A DNA stretch of 64,000 bases from Candidatus Dadabacteria bacterium (GCA_963805855.1 CAWDVW010000002.1:160001-224000); one strand, 5' to 3'; positions 47,557 through 58,543 are shown, counted from the first letter of the stretch. Made by a program: numbers and translations. Notes: generated by a model not told the origin, from the letters alone.

Positions 47557-48816
47557 GTGTTAAGAAAGAAAATTTTCTATGGTTGGTACATCGTTGGAGC
47601 ATCCGTGATTTTGATCATCATGGATGGTCTTCTTCTTTATTCCTTTGGTGTGTTCCTTCCTTATCTAAATGAAGAGTTCAATTTTTCCAGAGCAATGGGT
47701 TCCTCGATATTTTCAGTACGATCCTTTGTCCTCGCCTTCTCTTTGATCCTGGCTGGAAAACTTGTGGATAAATATGATCCTCGAAAGGTAGTCCTTGCCG
47801 GAGGCGCAATCGCTGCTCTTGGAGTATTGCTCTCAGGATTCGCAACGAAGGGCTGGCAGCTCTATTTGACGTACGGTCTGCTGATAGGACTCGGAGACGG
47901 GGTTCTATATATTACGTGTGTTGCCGTGGTAAGCAGATGGTTTGTAAAGAAAAGAGCACTCGCGATTGGATTAATAACGACCGGGATCCCGCTTAGTGGA
48001 CTTATAACGAACCCTCTCACCGCATGGCTGATCTCAAGCTTCGGAGTGAGGTATGCATTCTTCTCGCTAGCCGGGATCATCATGATCTCCGTCCTTTCGG
48101 CATTGGTGTTAAGGGGTTATCCAGAAGATAAGAACCTCAGGCCTTACGGTGAAGAGAATGGAGATAGGTCAGAATCTCAACCAGTTCATACTAAAACAAA
48201 AAATGATAACGACTGGAAGGCCCTCGAGGCGATTGGTACACCCACATTCTGGTATATGTATGCCATGTATTTTCTCGGTTTTACTACATTTCTAATTGTA
48301 GTCATACATCTATTTAACTTTGCTATTGATTTAGGAATTTCGCCTCTCGTAGCTTCCGGGGCTCCCGCAGCTATTGGGGTTGGAAGTTTGGTTGGCAGAA
48401 TCATCCTTTCAGCCTTACTGACTGAAGTAATACAAACCACGAAGGTCCTATTCATCTGCTTCCTCTTCCAGGGAAGCTCTATTTTACTCATACTTGCATC
48501 TGGAGAAATCTGGTCGTTCTACTTATTCGGTCTACTGTTTGGATTTTTCTACAGCGGCACCGTCCCTATCTTCCCCACACTACTGGGAAGCTTCTTCGGG
48601 CTGAGCGCTCTAGGAACCATCTACGGATTCTTTGGCACCTCCTATTCGGTGGCTGCAATAGGAGGACCTTTAATCGCAGGATACATACACGATATCACCG
48701 GCAGCTATCTTTATCCGTTTGTCCTCGCTATAGTCTTTTGCTATATTGCAGCCTCATTGAGTTTCTTCATAAAGAAGCCCGAAAAGCTTAAGAGAGATGT
48801 AACTGCGGCCGCTTAA
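47557..48816 (+). CDS. MFS transporter (monocarboxylate/OFA-like)
   Basis: About 12 TM segments; FYGWYIV, GKLVDKYDPR, SRWFVKKRALAIG. Confidence 0.9.
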   Translation: MLRKKIFYGWYIVGASVILIIMDGLLLYSFGVFLPYLNEEFNFSRAMGSSIFSVRSFVLAFSLILAGKLVDKYDPRKVVLAGGAIAALGVLLSGFATKGWQLYLTYGLLIGLGDGVLYITCVAVVSRWFVKKRALAIGLITTGIPLSGLITNPLTAWLISSFGVRYAFFSLAGIIMISVLSALVLRGYPEDKNLRPYGEENGDRSESQPVHTKTKNDNDWKALEAIGTPTFWYMYAMYFLGFTTFLIVVIHLFNFAIDLGISPLVASGAPAAIGVGSLVGRIILSALLTEVIQTTKVLFICFLFQGSSILLILASGEIWSFYLFGLLFGFFYSGTVPIFPTLLGSFFGLSALGTIYGFFGTSYSVAAIGGPLIAGYIHDITGSYLYPFVLAIVFCYIAASLSFFIKKPEKLKRDVTAAA

Positions 48817-48886
48817 TAATAGTAAAACTTCCACAATAGGTTCTGAGTAAGTCAGTGACGTTTAAAGTAAAATTATTCTGTAAAAC

Positions 48887-50371
48887 ATGAACGAAACTGC
48901 AATTACAGAAATTTGCGAAGCCTCCGATAGATTACTCAAGGAATTGAACCTTGAAAAATATAATAACCTTTCGGGATTGAAGTCGGACAGCAATCAAGAG
49001 GGGATATTCAGAAATTATCCCGATTTCAAAGACCCCGGGCCTTTTTTATCAATCAAGGCGATTCAGCCACACGATGGAACCGAAGAGATAGGATTGAGAC
49101 TGATCCTTTCCTTCTTGGCGACGACCTTTCTCGAGGGCAGGTCGGCAAAATTAATGGATCAAATACTCAATGCGGAATCCGGGGCATCAATCAATTATGG
49201 CAAGAGATCCATCCACTATAGGTCCGTTGTGGACGACATAAAAAACGAGCCCAAAAAATCGGTGAGAGAAGAACTGGACAGGAAAAGACTGGAGGTCGTC
49301 TCAACTGTCAATCCGCTGTACCTCAAATTATTCGAAGCCTTTAATAGAGATTCAGAGGAGCTAGGATTTTCAACATACATGAAACTGTGCGATGACACAG
49401 AATGTCTAGGGCTGAGCAGACTAATGGAAAAGGCAAGGGTTTTCCTGAATGATACAGACTACATTTATAGGGATCTGCTCAAGTGGTTTCTCCTAAAGCG
49501 TATGGAACTGAAATTAGAAGACTTAACCTCGAACGATCTTCGTTACCTATTCAGCTCATTTGAATTACGAGGAAACTTCGCTCAATCTCCATTGTTATTG
49601 ATCGCAAAAAGGTTATTTTCAGAAATGGGCATCGATATTATAAATAACTTAAAAATAGATTCGGAGAAGAGGCGTGGGAAGATCTCAGGGTCGTTTTGCA
49701 TACCCTTAGAAGTCCCAAATAAGATTCTGTGCTCAATAAAACCGTTTGGAGGGGTTGAGAATTACGAATCCTTTTTTCAAGCACTCGGAAAAGGAATGTG
49801 TTACGCTCACACCGAACCAGGAGGATCATTCGAATTCAGGATGCTTAGAGATCCGACATATTTAGAGATTTTTTCTCATTTGTTTAAGAATCTGATATAT
49901 CAACCCAAGTGGATAAAAAGATACCTGAGACACGATCCAGGGAGCGACTTTTTGGAATTCTTGTACCTAAGACAGCTAAATATCTTGAGATATTACTGTG
50001 GGAAGCTAATTTATGAGTCTTTAATTCACGAGAACAGTGAATACAAAGATAGAACAGAACATTACGCACAGACTTTAAGGGAAGCTACATTAGCTGACCA
50101 CGATAAAGCAGATTACTTGATTGACGTAGAACCATTCTTCTATTCGGCTGTCTATGTTAATGCGAGCTTCATAGAGGTTAGCTTCAGATCGTTCTTAAGA
50201 GAAGCCTTTGACGAGGAGTGGTGGAGAAAAAAGGAGGCTGGACATTTTCTACTTAATTTGTGGAAACATGGTGGTAGAATGACATCAAAAGATATCGCCG
50301 AGAAATGTGGAATAAAAGAAATAGATTCGACCCCACTCGTAATCAATTTCCAAGACATTTTCAGGTTGTAA
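48887..50371 (+). CDS. M3/M2-like (gluzincin) peptidase homologue lacking HExxH
   Basis: In FCIPLEVPNKI..GGVENYESFF-QALGK-GMCYAH, QALGK occupies the expected HExGH position; C-terminal FYSAVY..FDEEWW..LWKHG. Confidence 0.6.
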   Translation: MNETAITEICEASDRLLKELNLEKYNNLSGLKSDSNQEGIFRNYPDFKDPGPFLSIKAIQPHDGTEEIGLRLILSFLATTFLEGRSAKLMDQILNAESGASINYGKRSIHYRSVVDDIKNEPKKSVREELDRKRLEVVSTVNPLYLKLFEAFNRDSEELGFSTYMKLCDDTECLGLSRLMEKARVFLNDTDYIYRDLLKWFLLKRMELKLEDLTSNDLRYLFSSFELRGNFAQSPLLLIAKRLFSEMGIDIINNLKIDSEKRRGKISGSFCIPLEVPNKILCSIKPFGGVENYESFFQALGKGMCYAHTEPGGSFEFRMLRDPTYLEIFSHLFKNLIYQPKWIKRYLRHDPGSDFLEFLYLRQLNILRYYCGKLIYESLIHENSEYKDRTEHYAQTLREATLADHDKADYLIDVEPFFYSAVYVNASFIEVSFRSFLREAFDEEWWRKKEAGHFLLNLWKHGGRMTSKDIAEKCGIKEIDSTPLVINFQDIFRL

Positions 50372-50385
50372 TTTAGGAGTCCTGG

Positions 50386-51216
50386 ATGAGCACTGGCATC
50401 TTCTATAGCCACATATTTAAGACAAGCCCGGGCCCCGTTGTCGGGCCGAAATTCGTCAATTTCCCCGAATTGCTCAATGGAGTTCTACGATTACCGAACG
50501 TAAGACTATTTGAGCATAAACCTGTGACAGAGGATTTGCTTCTAAAATTTCACTCTAAGGAAATGATCGAGAATCTCAGGAAAAGATCGTATGGTAAAAA
50601 TGCTTTCCTCTCGGTGGGAGCGTGTATAGAGGCTACGAAAATGATTGTGAGCGGAGAATTGAAGAACGGTCTGTTATTCAACAGTGCGTCTGGACACCAC
50701 GCCGGACGAATCTCGGCATGGGGAGGGACTTACATAAACTGCGTTGCGCCAGCCGTGTATATAGCAAGACAGACGATTGGTATTGAGAGATTTGCGCTGC
50801 TTGATACCGACTGTCATCATGGAGACGGTGATAGGGATATGTTTGAAAACGATAATTCTTTTCTTCATATCTGTTTCTGCGACTCGGATTTCGAGAGTGA
50901 AACAAATAAATGTGTTGGTGTGGGTTGGAGTTCCAGTGACGAAAATTATCTTGGTCTGGTAAAAAGTGAGTTTATCCCTCGGGTGAGAAGCTTCAAGCCT
51001 GAGATGATATTCCATTTTCTCGGCCATGACACTTGCCAGGGTGATTATGGAGACATAGGTTTAACTCCGGAATTCTTCATCGACTTGGTGAAAATGGTAA
51101 AAGAGTCTGCCGAAGAGATCTGCGAGGGTAGATATTTAATAATTACCGGTGGAGGCTCACGAAGAGATGTCGCGGAATTCATATTCCCCAAGATTGCTGA
51201 AATTCTAGCAAGCTAA
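50386..51216 (+). CDS. histone deacetylase family Zn-dependent amidohydrolase (divergent)
   Basis: SGHHAG, DTDCHHGDG, GHDT; C-terminal motif TGGGS. Confidence 0.85.
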   Translation: MSTGIFYSHIFKTSPGPVVGPKFVNFPELLNGVLRLPNVRLFEHKPVTEDLLLKFHSKEMIENLRKRSYGKNAFLSVGACIEATKMIVSGELKNGLLFNSASGHHAGRISAWGGTYINCVAPAVYIARQTIGIERFALLDTDCHHGDGDRDMFENDNSFLHICFCDSDFESETNKCVGVGWSSSDENYLGLVKSEFIPRVRSFKPEMIFHFLGHDTCQGDYGDIGLTPEFFIDLVKMVKESAEEICEGRYLIITGGGSRRDVAEFIFPKIAEILAS

Positions 51217-51222
51217 GAGAAA

Positions 51223-51340
51223 GATGCACGATGCATGATTCAGGATACATGATAAAAGGACAATGAACACAAATTCTTATATCGTGCATCATGCATCTTG
51301 CATCCTGCATCATGGATCGTGTATCGTGCATCGTGCGTCA
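51223..51340. repeat. inverted 7-bp GATRCAN arrays (large hairpin between convergent genes)
   Basis: About 4-5 units on the left arm and 8-9 reverse-complement units on the right arm. Confidence 0.8.
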
Positions 51341-52336
51341 TGGTTTCAAAATCACCTTTCCAAACTGACCCCTGTCCTCCAAGAGCTTTTGTGCGGAAGC
51401 CGCCTCTTTTAGAGGAAAGGTTTTATCTATCACGGGGCGAATAGTTTTCTGAGAAACCAGATTAACAACATTGATCAAGTTGTTTCTTGACGCATTAAAA
51501 ACCGTTACTCCCAGGATAGCAAGGTCTTTCATAATTATTGGCCCGAAGTTAATTGTAGATGAACCCCCACCGACAACCCCCACCAGCAGAATCCTGCCAT
51601 TGGAAGAAAGCGTCTGTATATTTTTTTCCCATACCGATGCTCCGATCTGGTCAAATATAACATCAACCCCCTTATTATTCGTTATTTTTTTAACTTCTTC
51701 GGAAAAATCAGATTTATTGTAGTTTATAGTTTCATCTGCCCCAAGCTCCTTTGCCTTTTCAAGTTTTTCATCTGTGCCCGCTGTAGCAATTACCAACGCA
51801 CCCGTGAGGTGAGCAACCTGTACTGCGGCGCTTCCGGTACCGCTCCCAGCCGCATGCACAAGTACAGTTTCACCACGTTTCAGCCCACCCCTCTCGAATA
51901 GACCATACCAGGCAGTGACGTAGCAAATGGGGAGGGTTGAAGCATCCTCGTATGAAAGATCATCGGGAATTGGGACAACATTTGCTGCCGGGACTTTTAC
52001 ATACTCTGCGAATCCTCCATAAAGATTTACGCCTATTACCTTAGGCGGTCCTCCTCCCGACTTAACAGTTGGATCTATGACAACTCGCGCCCCTAAATTT
52101 AAGTCCTTAACATTCTTACCGACCTCCGCCACATCTCCGGCTATATCCACACCACCAATATGGGGTAGATCAACTGGCCTCGGGGATTTACCGGACCGCA
52201 AGCGTAAATCCAACTGGTTTAAAGACGCCGCCTTCACACTAACAAGAACTTCATCATCTCCAATTTCAGGATCGGGCACATCTTCGTATTTCAGTACTTC
52301 AACACCGCCAAACTCATGATATATTATAGCCTTCAT
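51338..52336 (-). CDS. NADPH:quinone oxidoreductase / MDR family
   Basis: MKAIIYHEFGG, GGFAEY, VHAAGSGTG, GQFGKVIL. Confidence 0.9.
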   Translation of the reverse strand: MKAIIYHEFGGVEVLKYEDVPDPEIGDDEVLVSVKAASLNQLDLRLRSGKSPRPVDLPHIGGVDIAGDVAEVGKNVKDLNLGARVVIDPTVKSGGGPPKVIGVNLYGGFAEYVKVPAANVVPIPDDLSYEDASTLPICYVTAWYGLFERGGLKRGETVLVHAAGSGTGSAAVQVAHLTGALVIATAGTDEKLEKAKELGADETINYNKSDFSEEVKKITNNKGVDVIFDQIGASVWEKNIQTLSSNGRILLVGVVGGGSSTINFGPIIMKDLAILGVTVFNASRNNLINVVNLVSQKTIRPVIDKTFPLKEAASAQKLLEDRGQFGKVILKP

Positions 52337-52577
52337 ACAAAGCCTCCCTTTTTGATATTTGGCATTTTTTATTTCAAAACTATTTAATGGCTAAGATTAT
52401 ATATGAACCACAATAATATATCTGATTTTTTTAGATCACTTAATTTTTTATAAAACAACGCTAAGAGAATAGGATCAATATCCTCAACTAAACGCCTCAA
52501 CAGAAGATCTCTTCACCCTTGACGGGGAAGACTAAGATGGGGTGTATTAATGGTACTGTAAACGTCCATGTTTAAAT

Positions 52578-52602
52578 GCGGGGTTGGAAAACCCCGCCTA
52601 TC
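52578..52602. repeat. GGTTGGAAAACC hairpin element (also ~9180-9200 and ~29841-29862)
   Basis: gcggggttggaaaaccccgc; ccgaggttggaaaacctcgg; ggggttggacaacccc. Confidence 0.65.
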
Positions 52603-52743
52603 TAACTCGAATGACAGAATAAAACGAAGAAGAAATTCCTCTAAGTTCAAAATCGGAATCATTGAACAAAACAGACTAATGTGCTAATTTTTTGATTGGA
52701 AAATAATCAATAGCTAAAAATAACGGATTGACATAAAAGCCCA

Positions 52744-53013
52744 ATGTTCGGTATAGGAACAGGTGAGATTCTCGTAATACTTGTAATTGCCCTTCTTGTT
52801 CTTGGTCCAAAAGAATTACCAAAGGTTGCCAGAACTATCGGAAGGGCCATGAGAGAACTTCAGAGGACTAAAGATGAAATAAGACAGTCAATCGACACGG
52901 AGTTTGAAGACCATGGTGAGGACAGCAAACCAACGGAGCAAAAGCCAGAAGAAAATGTAGAACAGAATATAGAAGAGAATAAAGATGTGAAACAGCAGGA
53001 TACTCAAGTTTGA
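52744..53013 (+). CDS. tatB: twin-arginine translocase TatA/TatB subunit
   Basis: MFGIGTGEILVILVIALLVLGPKELPKVARTIG. Confidence 0.85.
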   Translation: MFGIGTGEILVILVIALLVLGPKELPKVARTIGRAMRELQRTKDEIRQSIDTEFEDHGEDSKPTEQKPEENVEQNIEENKDVKQQDTQV

Positions 53014-53117
53014 AGGCGACGACTTTGAGAATGAGCTATACTCGTTGATATTGCGGGCTTTAATGATTGACATCTATAAGTCAAAATCAACCTAAACCAA
53101 ATCGCAACCAGATTTAA

Positions 53118-53720
53118 ATGACCAAACTACAAAGAGAAGTCCCATTATACGAATTACACACAACACCTACATTATATCCGTTGTCACTCCCGAACGGGCA
53201 GGAAAAAGCGATTGAGATTACTCCGGGAATGGCATTTGGGACGGGAAATCACACTACAACCGTTCTTTGCATAAAATTGCTGGACCATTTACTGAAAGAT
53301 GCAAAGATTGAAAATGTCTTGGACGTGGGATGTGGAAGCGGAATTCTCGCGATCTGCGCGGTTGCACTCGGAGCAAAGACTGCTCAGGGCTTCGATATAA
53401 AGATATCGATTGTGAATGAAGCCAGAGAGAACGTCGCCAGAAACGGACTTTCATCAAAAATAGAGGTTCACCTGGGAACTATCGAGGCGGTTGATGATAA
53501 GTTTGATCTTATCACGGCTAACATATTAATCGATTTGATAGACTTGATCAGCAACGAGCTTGCATCCAGAATGAAACCGAATGGACATCTCATCGTCTCC
53601 GGTTTTAGGAATGAACATAGGGGTGACGTAACAAAGAAGTTTATTGACTTGGGTTTAATACTGAAATACCAGCTACATGAGGGCGAGTGGAGCGCGCTAT
53701 TATTTAATAAATCAAAATAA
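53118..53720 (+). CDS. prmA: PrmA-like class I SAM methyltransferase (short form)
   Basis: PGMAFGTGNHTTT, VLDVGCGSGILAI, ANIL. Confidence 0.75.
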   Translation: MTKLQREVPLYELHTTPTLYPLSLPNGQEKAIEITPGMAFGTGNHTTTVLCIKLLDHLLKDAKIENVLDVGCGSGILAICAVALGAKTAQGFDIKISIVNEARENVARNGLSSKIEVHLGTIEAVDDKFDLITANILIDLIDLISNELASRMKPNGHLIVSGFRNEHRGDVTKKFIDLGLILKYQLHEGEWSALLFNKSK

Positions 53721-54199
53721 TTGTTTATGGGTACCAATTGTCCATGTTGGATATTTCGCGGGAAAGATCTCTTACAATTTCATGGATACATGTCTTTGAT
53801 TAGTTCTTGTCTTGGAATCAAGAACGAACTTGAACGGCCTCCCAAAAATTCGTTAAGACTAATTTCATAGGAACGTCACGACTAAAAAATTTCAATCTCA
53901 GTTTCCGCTAGACCCGAAATTAATTTTTATGACGGGTCGTGGTTGGATTACATTTTTTAGTGCTTATGTCATCCGCAACTTTTGTCGGGGATGCCAAGCT
54001 CAAAGTTGGATTCCCGTTTACAATTCCAAGACAAAGGAGAAGAAAACAAATATATCAAGAAATTCTTCCAAAGATCTCGTCCCCAAAAGGGCTGGGTTTT
54101 TCAGCAATGACACATACTACCCTCATCTTCTTACTCAAAATTTGCCAATACAGATATACTCGGATACAATTTTTGCGTACACTCAAGTAAGGAAATCCA

Positions 54200-55792
54200 T
54201 TGCCAAAACTCACAATCGATGGAATTGAAGTTGAGGTTGAAGACGGTTTAAACCTCATTCAGGCTGCATCGCGCATCGGTGTTGAAGTTCCACACTTCTG
54301 CTACCATCCAGCCTTAAGTATCGTAGCACAGTGCAGGCAGTGTCTTGTCGAAGTCGAAGGGGTGCCAAAAGTAATGCCTGCGTGCAACACCTTTGTTAGA
54401 AATGGTCTCATTGTTAAAACAAATTCTGAAAAGGCAATCAACGCAAGAAAGGCAACTGTCGAATTTACCCTGATCAACCATCCTCTAGACTGCCCGATAT
54501 GTGATAAGGGCGGAGAGTGTCCACTACAACTTACTACCTTCAAACACGGGCCCGGGTACAGCAGATTCGACGGACCGGAAGAGAAAAAAGTAAGGAAAAA
54601 GTATTACCTCAGCGAAAGGATATTATACGACCCGAATCGCTGCATAATGTGCACAAGATGCGTCAGATTTACAGATGAGGTTACAAAAACGGGTGAGCTA
54701 GGATTCGACGGACGCGCATTCAGAAAGAAGATTGTAGTTTTCCCAGGCAAGGATTTAGACAATGAATTGGCCGGGAATGTTATCGACCTCTGTCCAGTCG
54801 GTGCACTACTCAACAAAGACACGCTCCACGAAGAAAGGGTTTGGTACTGGAAGTTTGTCGATACGGTTTGCCCCCTTTGCAGTAATGGCTGCAATATAAC
54901 GGTCGGGGTTGATCCACGGATGGGTCGGATTTCAAGGGTTCGTCCGAGGACTAATCTTGAAGTAAATAACTACTGGATTTGTGATAGAGGCAGATACAAT
55001 TTTAAGGCTATTCAAACTGAAAGGCGCCTTAAAGACCCCATTATTCGGACAGGCGAAGGCTTCGAGATAACAACCTGGGAAAACGCTATCGATTTTCTTA
55101 CAGCCGAGATTAAACGGATCAAGAATTACAACGAGGAAATAGCATTCATTTGCTCCCCAGTTCTTACAAATGAAGAACTTTATATGCTTAAAAAGCTTGG
55201 AGGAATCTTGGGGATTAGAAACATCGCTTCAAACATAGTGGAGTCTCAAGGAGAAAAAAAATTTGGACTAATAAGCGAGGATCCTTTCCCAAATAGCGCC
55301 GGTGTTAGAGACATCATTTTATCCGACAATGATGAAGATATGGCAGGCACTATAGACGCTATCGTTGAAAGGAAAATAAAGGCCGTCTACGTGATAGGCG
55401 AAGACCTATTCAATTTTATTTCTGATGGGACTAAAACGACATTGACAGAAGCCTTGGCCAGTCTTTCACTGCTTATTGTTCAAGATTTTAGACTGAGTGG
55501 TACGGCACAGTTGGCTCATGTAATTCTTCCTGGTTCTACCCCATATGAAAAGGACGGAACGTTTACAAATGACAATGGGAGAGTGCAAAGAATAAATCAG
55601 GCAATTCCCCCACCCGGTAATGCAAAACCGGATTGGGAGATTATTAAACTCATAGGAAATACCATTCGGGATGGTAGTTTCAATTACCCAAATCCCTCTG
55701 AGATTATGATTGAGATATCGGAGAAAATTCCGTCCTACAAGGGTATAAACTATGATAAAATCAGCTCACTTGGTACTAACAAGAGTAGTTAG
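54200..55792 (+). CDS. nuoG: NADH-quinone oxidoreductase subunit G-like
   Basis: PHFCYH..CRQCLVE, NHPLDCPICDKGGECPLQ, RCIMCTRCVRF, DLCPVGAL, CPLCSNGC. Confidence 0.9.
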   Translation: MPKLTIDGIEVEVEDGLNLIQAASRIGVEVPHFCYHPALSIVAQCRQCLVEVEGVPKVMPACNTFVRNGLIVKTNSEKAINARKATVEFTLINHPLDCPICDKGGECPLQLTTFKHGPGYSRFDGPEEKKVRKKYYLSERILYDPNRCIMCTRCVRFTDEVTKTGELGFDGRAFRKKIVVFPGKDLDNELAGNVIDLCPVGALLNKDTLHEERVWYWKFVDTVCPLCSNGCNITVGVDPRMGRISRVRPRTNLEVNNYWICDRGRYNFKAIQTERRLKDPIIRTGEGFEITTWENAIDFLTAEIKRIKNYNEEIAFICSPVLTNEELYMLKKLGGILGIRNIASNIVESQGEKKFGLISEDPFPNSAGVRDIILSDNDEDMAGTIDAIVERKIKAVYVIGEDLFNFISDGTKTTLTEALASLSLLIVQDFRLSGTAQLAHVILPGSTPYEKDGTFTNDNGRVQRINQAIPPPGNAKPDWEIIKLIGNTIRDGSFNYPNPSEIMIEISEKIPSYKGINYDKISSLGTNKSS

Positions 55793-55819
55793 AATTAGCG
55801 TTCATGGAAAGGTATATCG

Positions 55820-56866
55820 ATGCCCTGGGTTGATATAAGCATATCCTTTATTAAAGTAGTCTTACTGTTATTTGTGGTGCTTACGCTCGTCGCATATCTA
55901 ACGTTTGCCGAGCGGAGAATTAGCGCATTTATGCAAGACAGGTTGGGTCCAAATCGAGTAGGGCCATTTGGCCTACTTCAGCCCCTAGCAGATGGTCTGA
56001 AGTTCATATTTAAAGAAGACATAATTCCTGAACGTGCCTACAAGCCATTATACATTCTTGCCCCCGCACTCGCTCTTATCACTTCCATCGTAGCCCTTGC
56101 AGTGATCCCTATTGGCGAAGGCTTTAACACCACGATCTTTGGTTTATTAAAAGAACCGACCTATGTAAAATTGCAGATTGCTGATATCAACGTCGGTCTT
56201 ATATATGTTTTTGCCATAGGATCTTTAAGCGTATACGGTGTAGTGCTTGGTGGATGGGCCTCAAACAGCAAATACCCCCTTCTAGGTTCTATGCGTTCCG
56301 CTGCTCAGATGGTTAGCTACGAAATCCCGCTCGTTCTTTCAATTTTAGGGGTTATCATTCTCGCAGGATCATTCAAACTGAGCGAAATAGTACATGCACA
56401 GTCTAAACTCTGGTATGTCGTGCCACAGGCATTGGGTTTTCTGGTCTTTCTTGTGGCGGCTTTTGCTGAAACAAATCGACTCCCCTTTGACATGCCGGAA
56501 GCGGAGCCAGAAATCGTTGCCGGTTACCATACAGAATACAGCAGCATGAAATTTGCCATGTTCTTCATGGCAGAATATACGCATATGATAGTAGTCTCAT
56601 GCCTTTTAGTTTGCCTTTTTTTGGGCGGGTGGTATCCACTACCATTCGGCGGGTGGTGGGGAATAGACATTCAAAGATACTGGTATTTGCCCCCACTCGT
56701 GTTCATCGGTAAGGTACTTTTCTTTTTGTTCGTCTTTATATGGGTAAGGTGGACTATTCCCAGATTTCGTTACGATCAGGTTATGGGACTCGGCTGGAAA
56801 GTCCTGTTTCCCCTTGCGGTCTTAAACATAATAGGCACAAGCGCAGTTGTTGTTTATCTACAGTAG
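55820..56866 (+). CDS. nuoH: NADH-quinone oxidoreductase subunit H
   Basis: QDRLGPNRVGPFGLLQPLADGLK, ETNRLPFD, PRFRYDQ. Confidence 0.96.
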   Translation: MPWVDISISFIKVVLLLFVVLTLVAYLTFAERRISAFMQDRLGPNRVGPFGLLQPLADGLKFIFKEDIIPERAYKPLYILAPALALITSIVALAVIPIGEGFNTTIFGLLKEPTYVKLQIADINVGLIYVFAIGSLSVYGVVLGGWASNSKYPLLGSMRSAAQMVSYEIPLVLSILGVIILAGSFKLSEIVHAQSKLWYVVPQALGFLVFLVAAFAETNRLPFDMPEAEPEIVAGYHTEYSSMKFAMFFMAEYTHMIVVSCLLVCLFLGGWYPLPFGGWWGIDIQRYWYLPPLVFIGKVLFFLFVFIWVRWTIPRFRYDQVMGLGWKVLFPLAVLNIIGTSAVVVYLQ

Positions 56867-56890
56867 AGGCACGGTGCAACGTGCCCCTGC
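56863..56890. repeat. GTAG-type REP overlapping the nuoH stop codon
   Basis: gTAGaggcacggtgcaacgtgcccctgc. Confidence 0.65.
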
Positions 56891-56965
56891 CGATTTTTGG
56901 GTTGGACTTAATGAAAAAGAATATAACCCCTGATGATTCATACCGCCAGGAGGTTGGGTCCTCTA

Positions 56966-58159
56966 CTATTTTACCTTTTCTACAATCATAGCGATCCCCA
57001 TTCCGCCACCTATACAGAGGGAAGCAAGGCCCAATTTTGCCTTTTTCCTCTTGTGTAACTCATGTATCAATTTTGTTAGAAGTACTGCGCCTGAGGCTCC
57101 GATGGGATGTCCAAGTGCTATTGCTCCGCCGTTTACATTAAGCTTTTCCTCAGGAATCGGGAAATCACTCAAGACTGCCAGAGACTGGGCGGCAAACGCT
57201 TCGTTCAATTCAACCAGATCTATATCGTCAATAGAAAGGCCAGCCTTATGCAATACCTTCTGCATCGCTGGTACCGGACCAATCCCCATTATCGCGGGTT
57301 CGACTCCAGCCACTGCATAGGCCCTTATTGAAACCAAAGGCTTAAGCCCAAGTTCTTGTGCCTTTTTCTCAGATGCAACCAGCATTGCTGAAGCTCCGTC
57401 ATTTATACCGGAAGCATTCCCTGCGGTAACCGTTCCCCCAACCTTAAACACCGGACGCAAGCCTCCGAGAGTCTCAAGGGTAGTATCAGCCCTGGCGTGC
57501 TCATCCTTGACGAATGAAATTGGATCCCCTCTTCTCTGAGGAATCATTACAGGAACTATTTCATCATTAAATTTCCCTTCCTCCATAGCAGCCTTGCATT
57601 TCATCTGGCTTTTATAAGCGAACTCGTCTTGCGCCTCCCTTGAAATGTTATATGCCTCTGCGAGGTTTTCTGCCGTTACTCCCATGTGATAATCATTAAA
57701 AATATCCCAGAGACCATCATAGACCATTCCATCCGTTATCTCTTCGTTTGGCATACCCATCCTGTATCCATAGCGAGCCTTTGTAAGATAAAATGGAGTT
57801 GCGCTCATGTTCTCGATTCCACCCGCTAAAATTAAGTCTGAATCCTCGGCCTTTATCGCCTGTGCTGCCAGCGCAACACTCTGCAACCCGGAACCACAAA
57901 CCCTGTTCAGTGTGAATGCTGGTGTCTCAATACTGAGCCCTGCGTTAAGCGCAACCTGACGTGATGGGTTCATTCCCTGACCCGCGGTCAATATATTACC
58001 CATTATACAGTCGTCAATTTCCTTAGGATCGATATCTGCCCTACTCAAAATCTCCTTTACCACAGTTGAACCTAAAGTTGTCGCCGGCGTATCCTTCAGG
58101 GATCCGCCAAATGCGCCTATAGCCGTTCTTAGAGGTCCACATATTACTGCCTTCTGCAT
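56966..58159 (-). CDS. atoB: acetyl-CoA C-acetyltransferase (thiolase)
   Basis: [49 protein letters not shown] before MQKAV. Confidence 0.93.
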   Translation of the reverse strand: MQKAVICGPLRTAIGAFGGSLKDTPATTLGSTVVKEILSRADIDPKEIDDCIMGNILTAGQGMNPSRQVALNAGLSIETPAFTLNRVCGSGLQSVALAAQAIKAEDSDLILAGGIENMSATPFYLTKARYGYRMGMPNEEITDGMVYDGLWDIFNDYHMGVTAENLAEAYNISREAQDEFAYKSQMKCKAAMEEGKFNDEIVPVMIPQRRGDPISFVKDEHARADTTLETLGGLRPVFKVGGTVTAGNASGINDGASAMLVASEKKAQELGLKPLVSIRAYAVAGVEPAIMGIGPVPAMQKVLHKAGLSIDDIDLVELNEAFAAQSLAVLSDFPIPEEKLNVNGGAIALGHPIGASGAVLLTKLIHELHKRKKAKLGLASLCIGGGMGIAMIVEKVK

Positions 58160-58543
58160 GTTAAATCCCTCCTGAGTTTTTGTGAATAGCTGGGATTTTA
58201 CCCAAGAAAAACGTCGTTTGCAAAACGCTGTTTTATCAAAATACATAATTGTAGCAGAAAGGTTCAGATAGCCAAAAAACAGCTTCCAATCGAGGGCCCG
58301 CCCCCGAACGGATAACACAAACCGGACTGAGCGGGCATCAATCCCTACATATGTTAATATTGACGACGCAGTGCCACGCGGTCGTTAAAAGATTATGTTT
58401 TTCATGGGCGGCGACCCTAACGTAGCCACGTGTGCAGGGCTAAAGCCCTCCTTCACATCGGGCATTAATGAATAATGCCCGATTTTCTTGACATTAAATA
58501 CTCATTAAGGTAACCCATTAAAAACTCACAAAAAGGAATAATC

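Noticed and set aside
51223-51340. Repeat arrays as CRISPR
   Set aside because: 7-bp tandem units without unique spacers; no cas genes.
58280-58490. Structured region between thiolase and ddl as a riboswitch
   Set aside because: Hairpins are present but I see no recognisable riboswitch consensus; an Rfam scan would be needed.
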